Shown here: piece after piece, positions 30,510-39,991 of the stretch
How the letters are laid out: every line of letters starts with the position of its first letter
Position numbering within the stretch: the first letter of the stretch is position 1
NCBI GenBank assembly: GCA_900617105.1
Contig: UYFQ01000001.1
Location: 1,240,001 to 1,304,000, forward strand
Source: Hydrurus foetidus
Taxonomy: Eukaryota
Direction of reading: 5' to 3'
Length of the DNA: 64,000 nucleotides
The notes under the pieces: model-generated
Databases searched by the model: none
Seen by the model: the letters and a program-made list of their open reading frames with translations, nothing else
Told to the model about the DNA's origin: nothing
Position numbers and translations under genes: made by a program

Positions 30510-32111
30510 ATGAGTACGTTATATCCATCACCAGGGGGGCGTTTGCTGGCGCTGCTGCCTTTGTTTGCGTTGGTTGCAGGTTGTGGCGGGGGAGGGAGTT
30601 CCAGTGTTGCTACTGTTGCAGTGGCCCCAACACCTGTAGCTCCAACACCCGTAGCCCCACTTCCCAGTTGTGGTGGCGTTTCGAGCGTTGAGAATGTTGC
30701 GCAGCAGGTTCGTCGAGCTGGTGAGCCTGTCGAAGCGATGACCCGCAGCGCCAGTTTGGGCGATGCGGCGTCATCGTTCACACCGCGCTCAGGTCACAGC
30801 TCACCGCAGCCACACCGTATTGCGCTGGGTATGCTGGCTTCAGCGTCCGCTAAACGGTTCGGGGCGAGCACTGACAGCTCAAGTGCTGGCGCTGTCCCTA
30901 AAAAGATTGGCTTTGCTCGCGACTTGCCCCAGACTGGCTCAACTGCATCGACCGCTGCACGTTGGGAATGGCATGCCACGGCCAGTGGGGGACAGGTTGC
31001 TGCTATCAGTTTTGCATCGGGTGGCGCGACTGGCGTGCGTTTGGGGTTGCTGGTCAGCAAGCTTCCTACAGAGGCTGTGCTCCGTGTTTACGCACAGAAA
31101 TCAGCGATTGCATTTGAAGCGTCGGGCCGCGACATCCTGGCATCCGTTCGCCGCAACATCGCGGCTGACGGCAGTACCGATGCTGCCCGTACCTACTGGA
31201 CACCTGCTGTGGACGGCGAAGAGTCCACGCTAGAGATCGAGTTACCCGTAGGCACTTCACCCGACGCGCTGGAACTGTCGATTCCGCGCCTGTCTCACCT
31301 CTTCGCCTCCGCCGTGGCCGACAGCACTTCAGAGACCGCCAAAATTGGCCAAGCGGCTTCGTGCGAGGTAGATGTATCGTGCAGCAGCGGCTACAGCCGT
31401 GAAAGCAATGCCACCGCCAGAATGACTTTTGTGGCGACCGATGGCAACAGCTACCTGTGTACAGGTACGCTGTTGAACGACCGCAACAGCACCGGCACAC
31501 CGTATTTTTTATCCGCTAATCACTGTGTTTCTGCGCAATCTGAGGCGTCAACGCTGACCACCTATTGGTTTTACCGATCAGCTTCTTGCAACAGCGGCAC
31601 GCTGAGCGCGAGCACCAAAACGCTGGCAGGTGGAGCTACCTTGCTGTATGCCAGCGCGTCCACCGATACCTCGTTCATGCGCTTGAACAGCACGCCACCC
31701 ACCGGGGCCATGTATGCAGCTTGGGATCCTGCTGCGCCCACACTGTCAAGCGCCGTGGCGGGGATTCACCACCCCGGCGGCGATTTGCAAAAAATCAGCA
31801 CGGGAAGCATCAAAGCTTTCCACGCCTGCACGGCCATCAACCCGCTGACGGACGGCTACAAATGCACGGTTTCCACCCAAGCCAGCAGCAGCTTTGTCTC
31901 TACACAATGGAGCCGGGGCGTGACCGAATCAGGCAGCAGTGGCTCAGGGTTGTTCAAAACCATTGGCAGCTCAAACTATTTTGTGGGACAGCTGTATGGC
32001 GGCAGTTCCAGCTGTAGTAACCCCACTGGAACCGATTCTTATGGGCGTTTTGACGTGGCGTACAAGGCCGCACTCAACAAGTGGCTGGAGCCCAGCACCT
32101 GTACGCCTTGA
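30510..32111 (+). CDS. Lipoprotein serine protease, lysyl-endopeptidase (S1) type
   Basis: Lipobox VAGC; CTGTLLN, LSANHC, DTSFMRL, IHHP.GD.QKI, GSSGSG. Confidence 0.85.
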   Translation: MSTLYPSPGGRLLALLPLFALVAGCGGGGSSSVATVAVAPTPVAPTPVAPLPSCGGVSSVENVAQQVRRAGEPVEAMTRSASLGDAASSFTPRSGHSSPQPHRIALGMLASASAKRFGASTDSSSAGAVPKKIGFARDLPQTGSTASTAARWEWHATASGGQVAAISFASGGATGVRLGLLVSKLPTEAVLRVYAQKSAIAFEASGRDILASVRRNIAADGSTDAARTYWTPAVDGEESTLEIELPVGTSPDALELSIPRLSHLFASAVADSTSETAKIGQAASCEVDVSCSSGYSRESNATARMTFVATDGNSYLCTGTLLNDRNSTGTPYFLSANHCVSAQSEASTLTTYWFYRSASCNSGTLSASTKTLAGGATLLYASASTDTSFMRLNSTPPTGAMYAAWDPAAPTLSSAVAGIHHPGGDLQKISTGSIKAFHACTAINPLTDGYKCTVSTQASSSFVSTQWSRGVTESGSSGSGLFKTIGSSNYFVGQLYGGSSSCSNPTGTDSYGRFDVAYKAALNKWLEPSTCTP

Positions 32112-32189
32112 TGTCCCTTGATGCGCCGTACAGGCCTTGATTTTTTACCCAATATGACAGTCATTCAACAAACAGAACAGGAAACAAAC

Positions 32190-33071
32190 ATGCATTTAGA
32201 TTTCAAAGGCCGAGTGGCCATCGTGACAGGTGCGGGTGGCGGTTTGGGCCGTCAACACGCATTGGCCTTAGCCGCACGCGGTGCCAAGGTGGTGGTGAAC
32301 GATTTGGGCGGTGCGCAATCGGTGGTGGACGAGATCACCGCAGCGGGCGGCGAGGCAATGGCCAATGCAGCTTCTGTCACCGATTTCACCGCTGTGCAGG
32401 CGATGGCGCAGCAGGCGCTGGACGCTTGGGGGCGGATTGATATTTTGGTGAACAACGCCGGTATCTTGCGTGACAAGAGCTTTTCCAAAATGGAATTGGC
32501 TGATTTCCAGCTCGTCGTCGATGTTCACTTGATGGGGGCCGTGAACTGCAGCAAGGCCGTGTGGGCCACGATGAACGAGCAGAAGTACGGGCGCATCGTG
32601 ATGACCACCTCATCGTCCGGCTTGTATGGCAACTTTGGCCAAAGCAACTACGGTGCGGCCAAGATGGCTTTGGTCGGGCTGATGCAAACGCTCAGCATCG
32701 AAGGTGCTAAAAATGACATCCGCGTCAACTGCTTGGCCCCTACCGCCGCCACCCGCATGACCGAGGGCTTGATGCCACAAGCCGTGCTAGATGCGCTCAA
32801 GCCTGAAGCGGTGGTGCCCGCCATGCTGGTGCTGACCGCTGAAGACGCCCCCAGTCGCACCATTTTGTGTGCCGGAGCGGGCACGTTTGAAGCGGCCCAC
32901 ATCACCTTGACGCAGGGCGCATGGATTGGCATCGGTGCGGATGCGCCTGAGCGCTTGGCCGAGCGGCTGCCCGAAGTGACTGCACGAGCGGGTGAATCAG
33001 TCCCCCTCAGCGGCTCTGCACAGGGCAGCAACGAGGTGAGCCAAGCCATGGCAAACGCTGCTAAAGCTTGA
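32190..33071 (+). CDS. SDR oxidoreductase (3-hydroxyacyl-CoA dehydrogenase-like)
   Basis: TGAGGGLG, NNAGILRD, YGAAK. Confidence 0.9.
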   Translation: MHLDFKGRVAIVTGAGGGLGRQHALALAARGAKVVVNDLGGAQSVVDEITAAGGEAMANAASVTDFTAVQAMAQQALDAWGRIDILVNNAGILRDKSFSKMELADFQLVVDVHLMGAVNCSKAVWATMNEQKYGRIVMTTSSSGLYGNFGQSNYGAAKMALVGLMQTLSIEGAKNDIRVNCLAPTAATRMTEGLMPQAVLDALKPEAVVPAMLVLTAEDAPSRTILCAGAGTFEAAHITLTQGAWIGIGADAPERLAERLPEVTARAGESVPLSGSAQGSNEVSQAMANAAKA

Positions 33072-33204
33072 GTTCATCCCTTCGCGCCCTTGATTTAAGC
33101 GTTGAATTTAAGCGTTAAAACCCAATCAAACCCCCTCGCTTTTAAATTAGCCCGCGCCAGTGTGGCCTAATAGAGGGTTATCCACTTTCCAACCAGAGTT
33201 TTTC

Positions 33205-33372
33205 ATGACCAAAGAATTCAGAACCGAAGCCGACCGCAAGGCTACCCCTCGTCCTACACCCGCTGTGGGCATGACGTTCTCGGCCCCTCACGGCCAAAAG
33301 CGCAGCCTGGAACGCGGTACAGCTACCCGTTCCAAGAAAAACCCCGGTAAGCGCCCGAAAAAAGGCGGTTAA
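33205..33372 (+). CDS. Small basic hypothetical protein (55 aa)
   Basis: Open frame with host-like codons; K/R-rich tail RSKKNPGKRPKKGG. Confidence 0.55.
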   Translation: MTKEFRTEADRKATPRPTPAVGMTFSAPHGQKRSLERGTATRSKKNPGKRPKKGG

Positions 33373-34202
33373 TTTGCTCCCAATGGCAGATGCGCGTTAA
33401 TCAAGACGCTGGCAATCGAAATACCCGGTGGGATTTTCGGCATAGCGTCTTGAGGGCCAAACCAGCGTGCTTCTGCGATTTCGGTCTCATCGACCGTGAT
33501 GTCACCGCTCACGTACTCTGCGGTGAACGCAATCATCAGTGAATGCGGAAATGGCCAAGACTGGCTGCTGAAGTACTTGATGTTCTTCACCTTCAAGCCA
33601 ACCTCTTCAAACACCTCTCGGTGTACGGCATCTTCAGCCGATTCCCCCGCCTCTAGAAAACCTGCCAGCGCTGTAAAGAACTGCGTAGGCGATGCCGCGT
33701 GCCGGGCCAGCAAAATCGAATCGTCGCGCTTGATCAGCACCATCATCGCGGGCGAAATGCGCGGGTAAGCCACCATGCCGCAGGCGGGGCAGCTCATGCA
33801 GCGCTCACCAGGCGTGTGCGTGGTGGCCGTGCCGCAGTTGCCACAAAAACGGTGGGTACGCGCCCATTCGGCCAGCTGAAACGCCCGGCCTGCCACAGCC
33901 ATCAGTTCAGCATCGAACATACCAAACAAGCTGCGCAACTTACGCCACACGTGGCCTTCAGCGGCGGGCGTGTCACGGGCTTGCCATGTGGTTTGGCAGT
34001 AGCGCTGGCCCAGCATCCCTACGGGTTGGCATTGCGCGTTGGCTATGTCCAGCGCGGCTAGCGCGTAGCCATCGGGCAGACTCAAATCTTCAGCGGATAC
34101 CAGCAGCTCATCGCCTCGGAAGATGAAGTTCAGCGTTGTCGTGCCGGAGATGGCGGTTGCCGCGCTGAGCAGCGGTTTGAAGTTGGTGGGTGTTTGGAGC
34201 AT
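33369..34202 (-). CDS. nudC: NAD(H) diphosphatase / deNADding enzyme
   Basis: Zn ribbon FCGNCG..CPACG, YPRISPA, Nudix box GFLEAGESAEDAVHREVFEEVG, SQSWPFPHSLM. Confidence 0.93.
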   Translation of the reverse strand: MLQTPTNFKPLLSAATAISGTTTLNFIFRGDELLVSAEDLSLPDGYALAALDIANAQCQPVGMLGQRYCQTTWQARDTPAAEGHVWRKLRSLFGMFDAELMAVAGRAFQLAEWARTHRFCGNCGTATTHTPGERCMSCPACGMVAYPRISPAMMVLIKRDDSILLARHAASPTQFFTALAGFLEAGESAEDAVHREVFEEVGLKVKNIKYFSSQSWPFPHSLMIAFTAEYVSGDITVDETEIAEARWFGPQDAMPKIPPGISIASVLINAHLPLGAN

Positions 34203-34246
34203 GGCAGTGAGTGGGAATGTCGATGGCGAAATGGGCAGGTAGGAAA

Positions 34247-35209
34247 TTATGCAAAAAAAGCGTCAAACCCGCCGTCAGGCTCAAAGCGTTGGTTGCGGTG
34301 GCTCAGCCGCGTGGGGCCGGGCAAAGCCAGCTCGCGCACCGAATGCAGCGGATCACCGGGGTAGCACAGGGTACGGGTCTCGTTGACGAACTGGTGCTCT
34401 GGGCGAACCACCGGCGGTGGGCGTTGGCGGGCATCCGCCAGCACCTCAGCGGCTGTGGCGAAGTGGGCTAAATGCGCCAGACTCATGATTTGCGGCGGGG
34501 CAAGCTCTATCAAGCCCTGCCAGTACTGCACCAGCGCCTCGCGCGGTGACAGCCAAACGCTTTCCGTCGCCTCATGGTTATCGTGACTGGCCCGTTGACT
34601 GGGAGGCGCGATGGCGACAAAAAACCGGGTGTCAAAGCGTTTGCGCATCATGGCGGGCACCGTGGGCGTGATCCAGCGCGACCAGGGCACCACGCTGCGG
34701 CTGTCCAGGCACAAGGCGTTGTCAGTGAGTAACTGGTTAAAGGATTGCCCTGTGCGCAAGGCCGCACGCAAGCGCAGGCTGTCGTCGCCACGCAAGGGGT
34801 CTTCGTAGGCTGCTGCGTTATTCATAGCGCCTGTCGCTTTCCCCGCTTGCTGATAGCTCGCAAAAAGTACACCAGATTCCTCAAAGGCTTCACGCAGCGC
34901 TGCGATAAACAGGCCTGCAGCCGTCAGCGGGGCAATATCGTCTTCGGCCAGGGCACTGTGCAGGGCTTCGGGCGTTTGGTCGATGTGTTCTGCCATCGCC
35001 AGCGCGGTGTCGCTGGGGTCAACCTTGCCACCAGGGAAGACGTAAGCCCCTCCAAGTACATCGGAAGCGCTGTGGCGCTTGAGCAGCAGCACAGTGAAGC
35101 CGCTACCGGGTGCGTCTGCGGCAGAGCTATCGCCTTCGCGCAGCATCACCACTGTGGCGGCTGGCAGTGGCGGAGTGGTGACGGCTTCCATATTCAGTTC
35201 AAGGGCCAT
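34247..35209 (-). CDS. NUDIX hydrolase (Nudt19-like)
   Basis: AATVVMLR, VFPGGKVD, ALREAFEESG, WITP..RFDTRFF. Confidence 0.85.
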   Translation of the reverse strand: MALELNMEAVTTPPLPAATVVMLREGDSSAADAPGSGFTVLLLKRHSASDVLGGAYVFPGGKVDPSDTALAMAEHIDQTPEALHSALAEDDIAPLTAAGLFIAALREAFEESGVLFASYQQAGKATGAMNNAAAYEDPLRGDDSLRLRAALRTGQSFNQLLTDNALCLDSRSVVPWSRWITPTVPAMMRKRFDTRFFVAIAPPSQRASHDNHEATESVWLSPREALVQYWQGLIELAPPQIMSLAHLAHFATAAEVLADARQRPPPVVRPEHQFVNETRTLCYPGDPLHSVRELALPGPTRLSHRNQRFEPDGGFDAFFA

Positions 35210-35271
35210 TGTGGGTCTTTTTAAAAGGTGAAAAATGCTGATTTAGCATATGTTATATGCGGTAACAGCTA

Positions 35272-36309
35272 TTAAATATGAAGCGCTTTGCGCAGTGCTG
35301 CCCCCGTCCACCGCTGACCTGGGGTGTGGGCGGCGATCAGTATGCACATGGCAGCATTGCACGGGGCTGAGGTGCCATGCTGGGTGGCCAAGCGAACCAC
35401 GGCTCCGCACAAATCATCCACCTCGGTGGTTCGGCCTTGCTGCAAGTCGTCCCACATGGACGAACGGGCCGTGGCATCAATGCGCAGCATACGGGCTGCG
35501 ATACGGGTGAACAGCCAGTTGGGCAGCCGCAGCAGGTGGGGCAGGGCGCGGGGCGGGGCACTGGCCACTTTGGCCGGGACGATGCCCGCTGCGGCCAGGG
35601 CGACGAGCGCTTCACGCTGTAGCGCGGCAAGCACACGGCGAAAGTCACGGTCGAGCAATTGCGTGCGCAAAGGCAGTTCAGAGAGGGCGTTGACGGGGTT
35701 GTTCAGGTTCAGCAGCAGCTTGCCCCATTGCACGGCACGCATGTCGTCTGCCAGCACGGTGGCAAGCCCTGCGGCATCGAACAGCGGTGCTATTTGGGCA
35801 GTGAGGGCGTTTTGTGGCAGGTAAATACGGCCCATCGTGGCCCGGTGGACGTGCGTGGCGCTACGCATCACCACGTTGTACGGCACCATGCCAGGCAGCG
35901 CTTGCAGACCAGGGGCTGCACTTTGCAGGCGTGACACGTTCTCTACCCCGTTTTGCAGCGAGATGACGGGCGTACCCGGCGAGCAGCAGGCGGCGATCTC
36001 TAACGCCGCCGAAACGGTAGCGCCGCCTTTGACGCACAGCAAAATCACGGTGGTGTTGTCAATGTGAGCATCACGGTGGCTCGCCCACGCGGTCGCCAAG
36101 TTGAGAGCGAGCGGCAGGTCTTTGGCCTGTACCTGTGCTGTGAAACCTTCCAAATCCGTCACGGTGATGCCGCCCAGCGCCAGCGGTTCCAGCATGCGGG
36201 GCCTGCCCACCAGCGTGACCTGCTGACCAGCGGCCAACAGCCTTGCCCCCACGTAACAGCCAATCGTGCCAGCGCCCAGCACGATAAAGTTCAGGTGTGT
36301 GTTTGCCAT
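35272..36309 (-). CDS. 2-dehydropantoate 2-reductase family (PanE/ApbA-like)
   Basis: GAGTIG, SLQNG, WGKLLLN, SSMWDDL..GRTTEVD. Confidence 0.85.
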   Translation of the reverse strand: MANTHLNFIVLGAGTIGCYVGARLLAAGQQVTLVGRPRMLEPLALGGITVTDLEGFTAQVQAKDLPLALNLATAWASHRDAHIDNTTVILLCVKGGATVSAALEIAACCSPGTPVISLQNGVENVSRLQSAAPGLQALPGMVPYNVVMRSATHVHRATMGRIYLPQNALTAQIAPLFDAAGLATVLADDMRAVQWGKLLLNLNNPVNALSELPLRTQLLDRDFRRVLAALQREALVALAAAGIVPAKVASAPPRALPHLLRLPNWLFTRIAARMLRIDATARSSMWDDLQQGRTTEVDDLCGAVVRLATQHGTSAPCNAAMCILIAAHTPGQRWTGAALRKALHI

Positions 36310-36417
36310 AAGGTACAGAGGCTAGCAGACTGCGCCGTACTTGCACATCGCACAGACGACAGCCTGACATGGCCATATTGGTACAGTTGCATTTTTCAAA
36401 ACGCACCCATTCGCACC

Positions 36418-37095
36418 ATGACACTCTCTACCGTTGAAATCGAAACCGGCCCCAACCCCACCGCCACCATCGTGCTGATGCACGGCTTAGGCGCGGATGG
36501 CAATGATTTTGTGCCGATTTGCCAGCAACTGGCACTGCAAACAGTAGGCCCCGTGCGTTTTGTATTCCCTAACGCGCCCATCATCCCTGTCACCATCAAC
36601 AACGGCCACCGCATGCCCGCGTGGTACGACATTTTGGGCATGGACTTGGTGCGCCGCGAAGACGAGGCCGGTTTGCGCACCTCGCTGGTAGCGATTGAAG
36701 CTGTTCTGGCCCGCGAAAAAGCCCGTGGCATCCCCGCCAGCCGTACCGTGATCGCCGGTTTTTCGCAAGGTTGTGCGATGGCGCTGCTGACAGGCTTGCG
36801 CCACCGCGAGCGTCTGGCTGGCATCGTCGCCCTGTCAGGCTACTTGCCACTGGCGGATAAAACGGCTGCCGAGCGCAGCCCTGAAAACACCGATGTACCC
36901 ATCTTTATGGCGCACGGGCGGCGTGACCCGGTTGTAGCCTTGGCCCGTGCCACAGACTCGCGCGATGCCTTGCAAGCCCTGGGTTACAAGGTGCAGTGGA
37001 CGGATTACGCGATGGAGCACTCGGTGTGCAATGAAGAGATTGCCGATTTGAACCAGTGGCTGCTGAAGGTGTTTGCCAAGGCTAAAACAGCTTAA
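36418..37095 (+). CDS. Carboxylesterase/phospholipase (alpha/beta hydrolase)
   Basis: MHGLGADG, MPAWYD, GFSQG, HG..DPVV, MEHSV. Confidence 0.9.
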   Translation: MTLSTVEIETGPNPTATIVLMHGLGADGNDFVPICQQLALQTVGPVRFVFPNAPIIPVTINNGHRMPAWYDILGMDLVRREDEAGLRTSLVAIEAVLAREKARGIPASRTVIAGFSQGCAMALLTGLRHRERLAGIVALSGYLPLADKTAAERSPENTDVPIFMAHGRRDPVVALARATDSRDALQALGYKVQWTDYAMEHSVCNEEIADLNQWLLKVFAKAKTA

Positions 37096-37119
37096 ACGGC
37101 ATCAACCCACCAAAGAGGC

Positions 37120-37368
37120 TTACCTGGGTCGCAGCGCCGCCCAGCGCCTCACCCCAAACTGCACCAAAAATGCAGCCCCCAGCACCAACGAAAACCAGCC
37201 CACCAGGGCTGCGCCGCCGACGATGCTGCGCAAATCGGGGGCGCTCATGACATACGGGGAAATCAGCACTGCCAAGCCAATCAAGGCGCAGAGCGCACCT
37301 TTGTAGAGCAACTCGGTATTGGCTTTGTCTGTCGCGTGTGCTTTTGCGATGTTTGCAAGGCTTGCCAT
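37120..37368 (-). CDS. Small 2-TM hypothetical membrane protein
   Basis: Two hydrophobic segments; starts 1 nt after the CBS gene stop. Confidence 0.6.
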   Translation of the reverse strand: MASLANIAKAHATDKANTELLYKGALCALIGLAVLISPYVMSAPDLRSIVGGAALVGWFSLVLGAAFLVQFGVRRWAALRPR

Positions 37369-37369
37369 A

Positions 37370-37798
37370 TCAGCTCTGGATGTAGCTGCGCAGTTGCTCT
37401 ATGGTTTGCTCATGCTCGGCGATGATGTCGTCCATCAAATCGCGGATCGAGAGCATACCCACCACTGCGTTGCCGTCCACCACGGGCAAGTGGCGGATTT
37501 TCTTTTGGCTCATCAGCGCCATGCACTCGTGGGTGTTGGTCTTGGGTGTGACCGTCAGCACGTTGGCGGTCATGATGTCTGCCACCTTGGTGTCTTTGGA
37601 GTTGCGGCCTTGCAGCGCCACTTTGCGGGTGTAGTCGCGCTCAGAGAACACGCCCACCAGTTTGTCGTCCACCATCACCATCAGCGCCCCCACGCCGTAT
37701 TTTGAGAGCTGGTGCAGTGCATCAAACACGCTGGTGTCGGGCGCGGTGTGCCAGACTTCGAGAGGACGGTTTTTAAGGAGTTCAGATACTGGTTTCAT
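37370..37798 (-). CDS. Tandem CBS-domain protein
   Basis: GGAGG RBS before ATG 37798; VGVFSERDY, IRHLPVVD..GMLSIRDL. Confidence 0.9.
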   Translation of the reverse strand: MKPVSELLKNRPLEVWHTAPDTSVFDALHQLSKYGVGALMVMVDDKLVGVFSERDYTRKVALQGRNSKDTKVADIMTANVLTVTPKTNTHECMALMSQKKIRHLPVVDGNAVVGMLSIRDLMDDIIAEHEQTIEQLRSYIQS

Positions 37799-37853
37799 GG
37801 GGGCCTCCGTAGGTAGTGAATGTGCAGAGAGAACGAGTGCAACAACTATGCCA

Positions 37854-37867
37854 TTAATCTGCGTCAA
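37854..37867 (-). promoter_or_regulatory. Possible FNR/FixK-type box upstream of the CBS gene
   Basis: TTGAC-GCAG-ATTAA versus consensus TTGAT-N4-ATCAA (2 mismatches). Confidence 0.4.
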
Positions 37868-37910
37868 ACCGGCTATCAAGCTGCGTTTAACCCGCTATTC
37901 CCTACAGTGA

Positions 37911-38417
37911 TTACCCTGGTTTTCGGAAATCAGCCTCTGCCCAGGCGGTGGCGCTGGTGGTGGTCAGCTTGAAAGTCGGGGCCACCCGCACCCGTGCCAG
38001 CTCTTCGCCCAAGGTGTTTTGGGCGCTCAGCCAGGCGTAGGCATCGTCTTCGTCCGGCACGATTTGCAAAGCTACGCGGATGCGTACGCCAGCGATGTCT
38101 ACCGTCAGGTTTTTGTTCAGTGCCGTGTGCTGGGCTTGCTCATGGCGGCGGATCACCTCAGAGGCGGTTTTGACCAGGGTGGAGAAGGCCGATTTGTCCA
38201 GTGGTTTGGGGTTCTTTTTGTCACGCCCCATCGTCCACGGGCCAACCAGTGCGGGCTCGGACTCGCCTTGGCGAATCATCGCCACCGCCCAGCCGTCGTC
38301 GTCTTCATTTTTGATGACCCGCGCTGTCCACAGGCCGCTGCGCCACAGGCGGGGTTCTTGAAGGGTATCGGGTTCGGCGGCGGTGTCGAGGTCGGCGGCG
38401 GTCAAAAAATCGGTCAT
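37911..38417 (-). CDS. Hypothetical protein
   Basis: 168-aa ORF with host-like codons; motif GPWTMGRDKKNPKPLD. Confidence 0.7.
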   Translation of the reverse strand: MTDFLTAADLDTAAEPDTLQEPRLWRSGLWTARVIKNEDDDGWAVAMIRQGESEPALVGPWTMGRDKKNPKPLDKSAFSTLVKTASEVIRRHEQAQHTALNKNLTVDIAGVRIRVALQIVPDEDDAYAWLSAQNTLGEELARVRVAPTFKLTTTSATAWAEADFRKPG

Positions 38418-38474
38418 TGCTTGGGTTTTAGGTAATGCTGTGGATGCGGTAAAGGCGGTAAAAGAGAGGGTGCA

Positions 38475-39398
38475 TCAAAAAATCGACAGCCCGGTGCGTG
38501 CGGTGAAAAGCTCCAGCGCCTGCATACCCAGCAACGAATTGCCGGTAGCGTCCAGCGCGGGCGACCAGACGCACAGGCTTAAGGTGTCAGGCACCACCGC
38601 CACAATGCCACCTCCCACACCACTTTTGCAGGGCAGGCCGATGCGGTAGGCGAACTCGCCTGCTGCGTCGTAGGTGCCACAGGTCAGCATCAGCGCGTTG
38701 ATGCGCCGGGTTTGGGCTTCTGTCAGCACTGAGGTGTTGGTGTCCAACGGATGAGCACCATCGCGGCACAGGTAGCCCATGGCGCGGGCCAGTTGCACGC
38801 AGTTCATGTGCAGGGCACACTGGTGAAAGTACATGTCCAGCACCGCGTCCACAGTGTTGTCGAGCTTGCCAAAGCTTTTCATGAAGTTGGCCAGCGCCAT
38901 GTTGCGAAAGCCTGTGGCCGCTTCTGAGGCGGCCACCTCTTCGTCAAACGTGACCGGCTCGCCGCACAGGCTGGACATCAACGCCAGCAATGGCGTTTTC
39001 GCGTCGCCTGCTGGGCTGCAACTTACCAGCCGGTCCGCCACGGCGATCGCGCCAGCATTGATGAACGGGTTGCGCGGCACGCCTTGCTCGGTTTCCAGTT
39101 GCACCAGCGAGTTGAACGCACTGCCCGAAGGCTCGCGGTGAATGCGCTCCCACAGCTCATCGCCCAAGCGTTGCATGGCCTGCGTCAGTGTGAACACCTT
39201 GGACATGCTCTGCACAGAAAACGGTACGGTGCTGTCGCCCGCTGCGGCCTCTTCGCCGTCACAGGTGCGCAGTGCGATACCCAAATGCTGGGCGGACACC
39301 CGTCCCAACGCGGGGATGTAGTCAGCCACCTTCCCCTGTGCGCCCAACTGGGGCTTGAGGGTGGCGACGATACCGTCTAAAACAGCTTGGAAGTTCAT
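38475..39398 (-). CDS. glsA: Glutaminase
   Basis: GKVADYIPAL, SVQSMSK, EPSG..FNS, PRNPFINAGA, GTYDAAGEFA..IGLPCKSGVGG. Confidence 0.93.
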   Translation of the reverse strand: MNFQAVLDGIVATLKPQLGAQGKVADYIPALGRVSAQHLGIALRTCDGEEAAAGDSTVPFSVQSMSKVFTLTQAMQRLGDELWERIHREPSGSAFNSLVQLETEQGVPRNPFINAGAIAVADRLVSCSPAGDAKTPLLALMSSLCGEPVTFDEEVAASEAATGFRNMALANFMKSFGKLDNTVDAVLDMYFHQCALHMNCVQLARAMGYLCRDGAHPLDTNTSVLTEAQTRRINALMLTCGTYDAAGEFAYRIGLPCKSGVGGGIVAVVPDTLSLCVWSPALDATGNSLLGMQALELFTARTGLSIF

Positions 39399-39510
39399 GG
39401 CGCTGATTATCCCGTGCTGCGGGTTTTCCCTTTTAAAGGTCTACGCAGGCACCTAACTGCTTTTGCAATGTGCTTAAAAATTGAGCATGGTAAGTATTAC
39501 CTATACACAT

Positions 39511-39886
39511 CAACGACTTAACAGCCCCGTACAGCACCATGCGGGGCTTATCAACAAGGTTATCCAGTGATTGCAGGGAGAACCTGCGGTGTGCTGCAAC
39601 AGGGGCAAACAAACTGTACTTTGCACGGTGTGCTGCGCAATGGCATGGCCTCACCACGAATTCACGGCCAACACGGCACAATGAAAAAAATGGATTTACA
39701 GCTTGATATATGGTCGTATATTGCTATCAAAAATGAAGTAATAGAGTTTTTGTGCGGCCACGGACTTATCCTCTGCCCAATAAAGTGGCACTGCAAGGCT
39801 TGTCCTTTTAAAACAACGACTTAGCGCCGTCTTACAGTTGCTTAGGCAAGTTACCCACAAAGTTGTCCCAGGTTTTCAGGGAAAAC
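39511..39886 (+). repeat. Degenerate 73-bp direct repeat (IHF-like site plus DnaA-box-like triplet), two copies 303 bp apart
   Basis: 39511-39583 vs 39814-39886 align ungapped at 47/73 by hand count. Confidence 0.6.
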
Positions 39887-39991
39887 CCTAGATTTATCAC
39901 TGAATCGCTTTTTGCACTGCACAATGCTGACCCGCACACGCAACGGCGTGCTGCTGCCGACAATGGCAAAAATTGCGAAAGAGAGAAAAAG

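Noticed and set aside
29228..30781. Extended 517-aa acyltransferase overlapping the protease gene
   Set aside because: The extension is the antisense of the protease 5' end; family motifs begin near 30382.
39433..39824. Short ORFs in the glutaminase-ylqF intergenic region
   Set aside because: Atypical codon usage, no RBS, and overlap with the non-coding repeat modules.
39400..39990. Replication origin (oriC)
   Set aside because: Boxes are degenerate, there is no dnaA or parAB context, and dif lies ~14 kb away.
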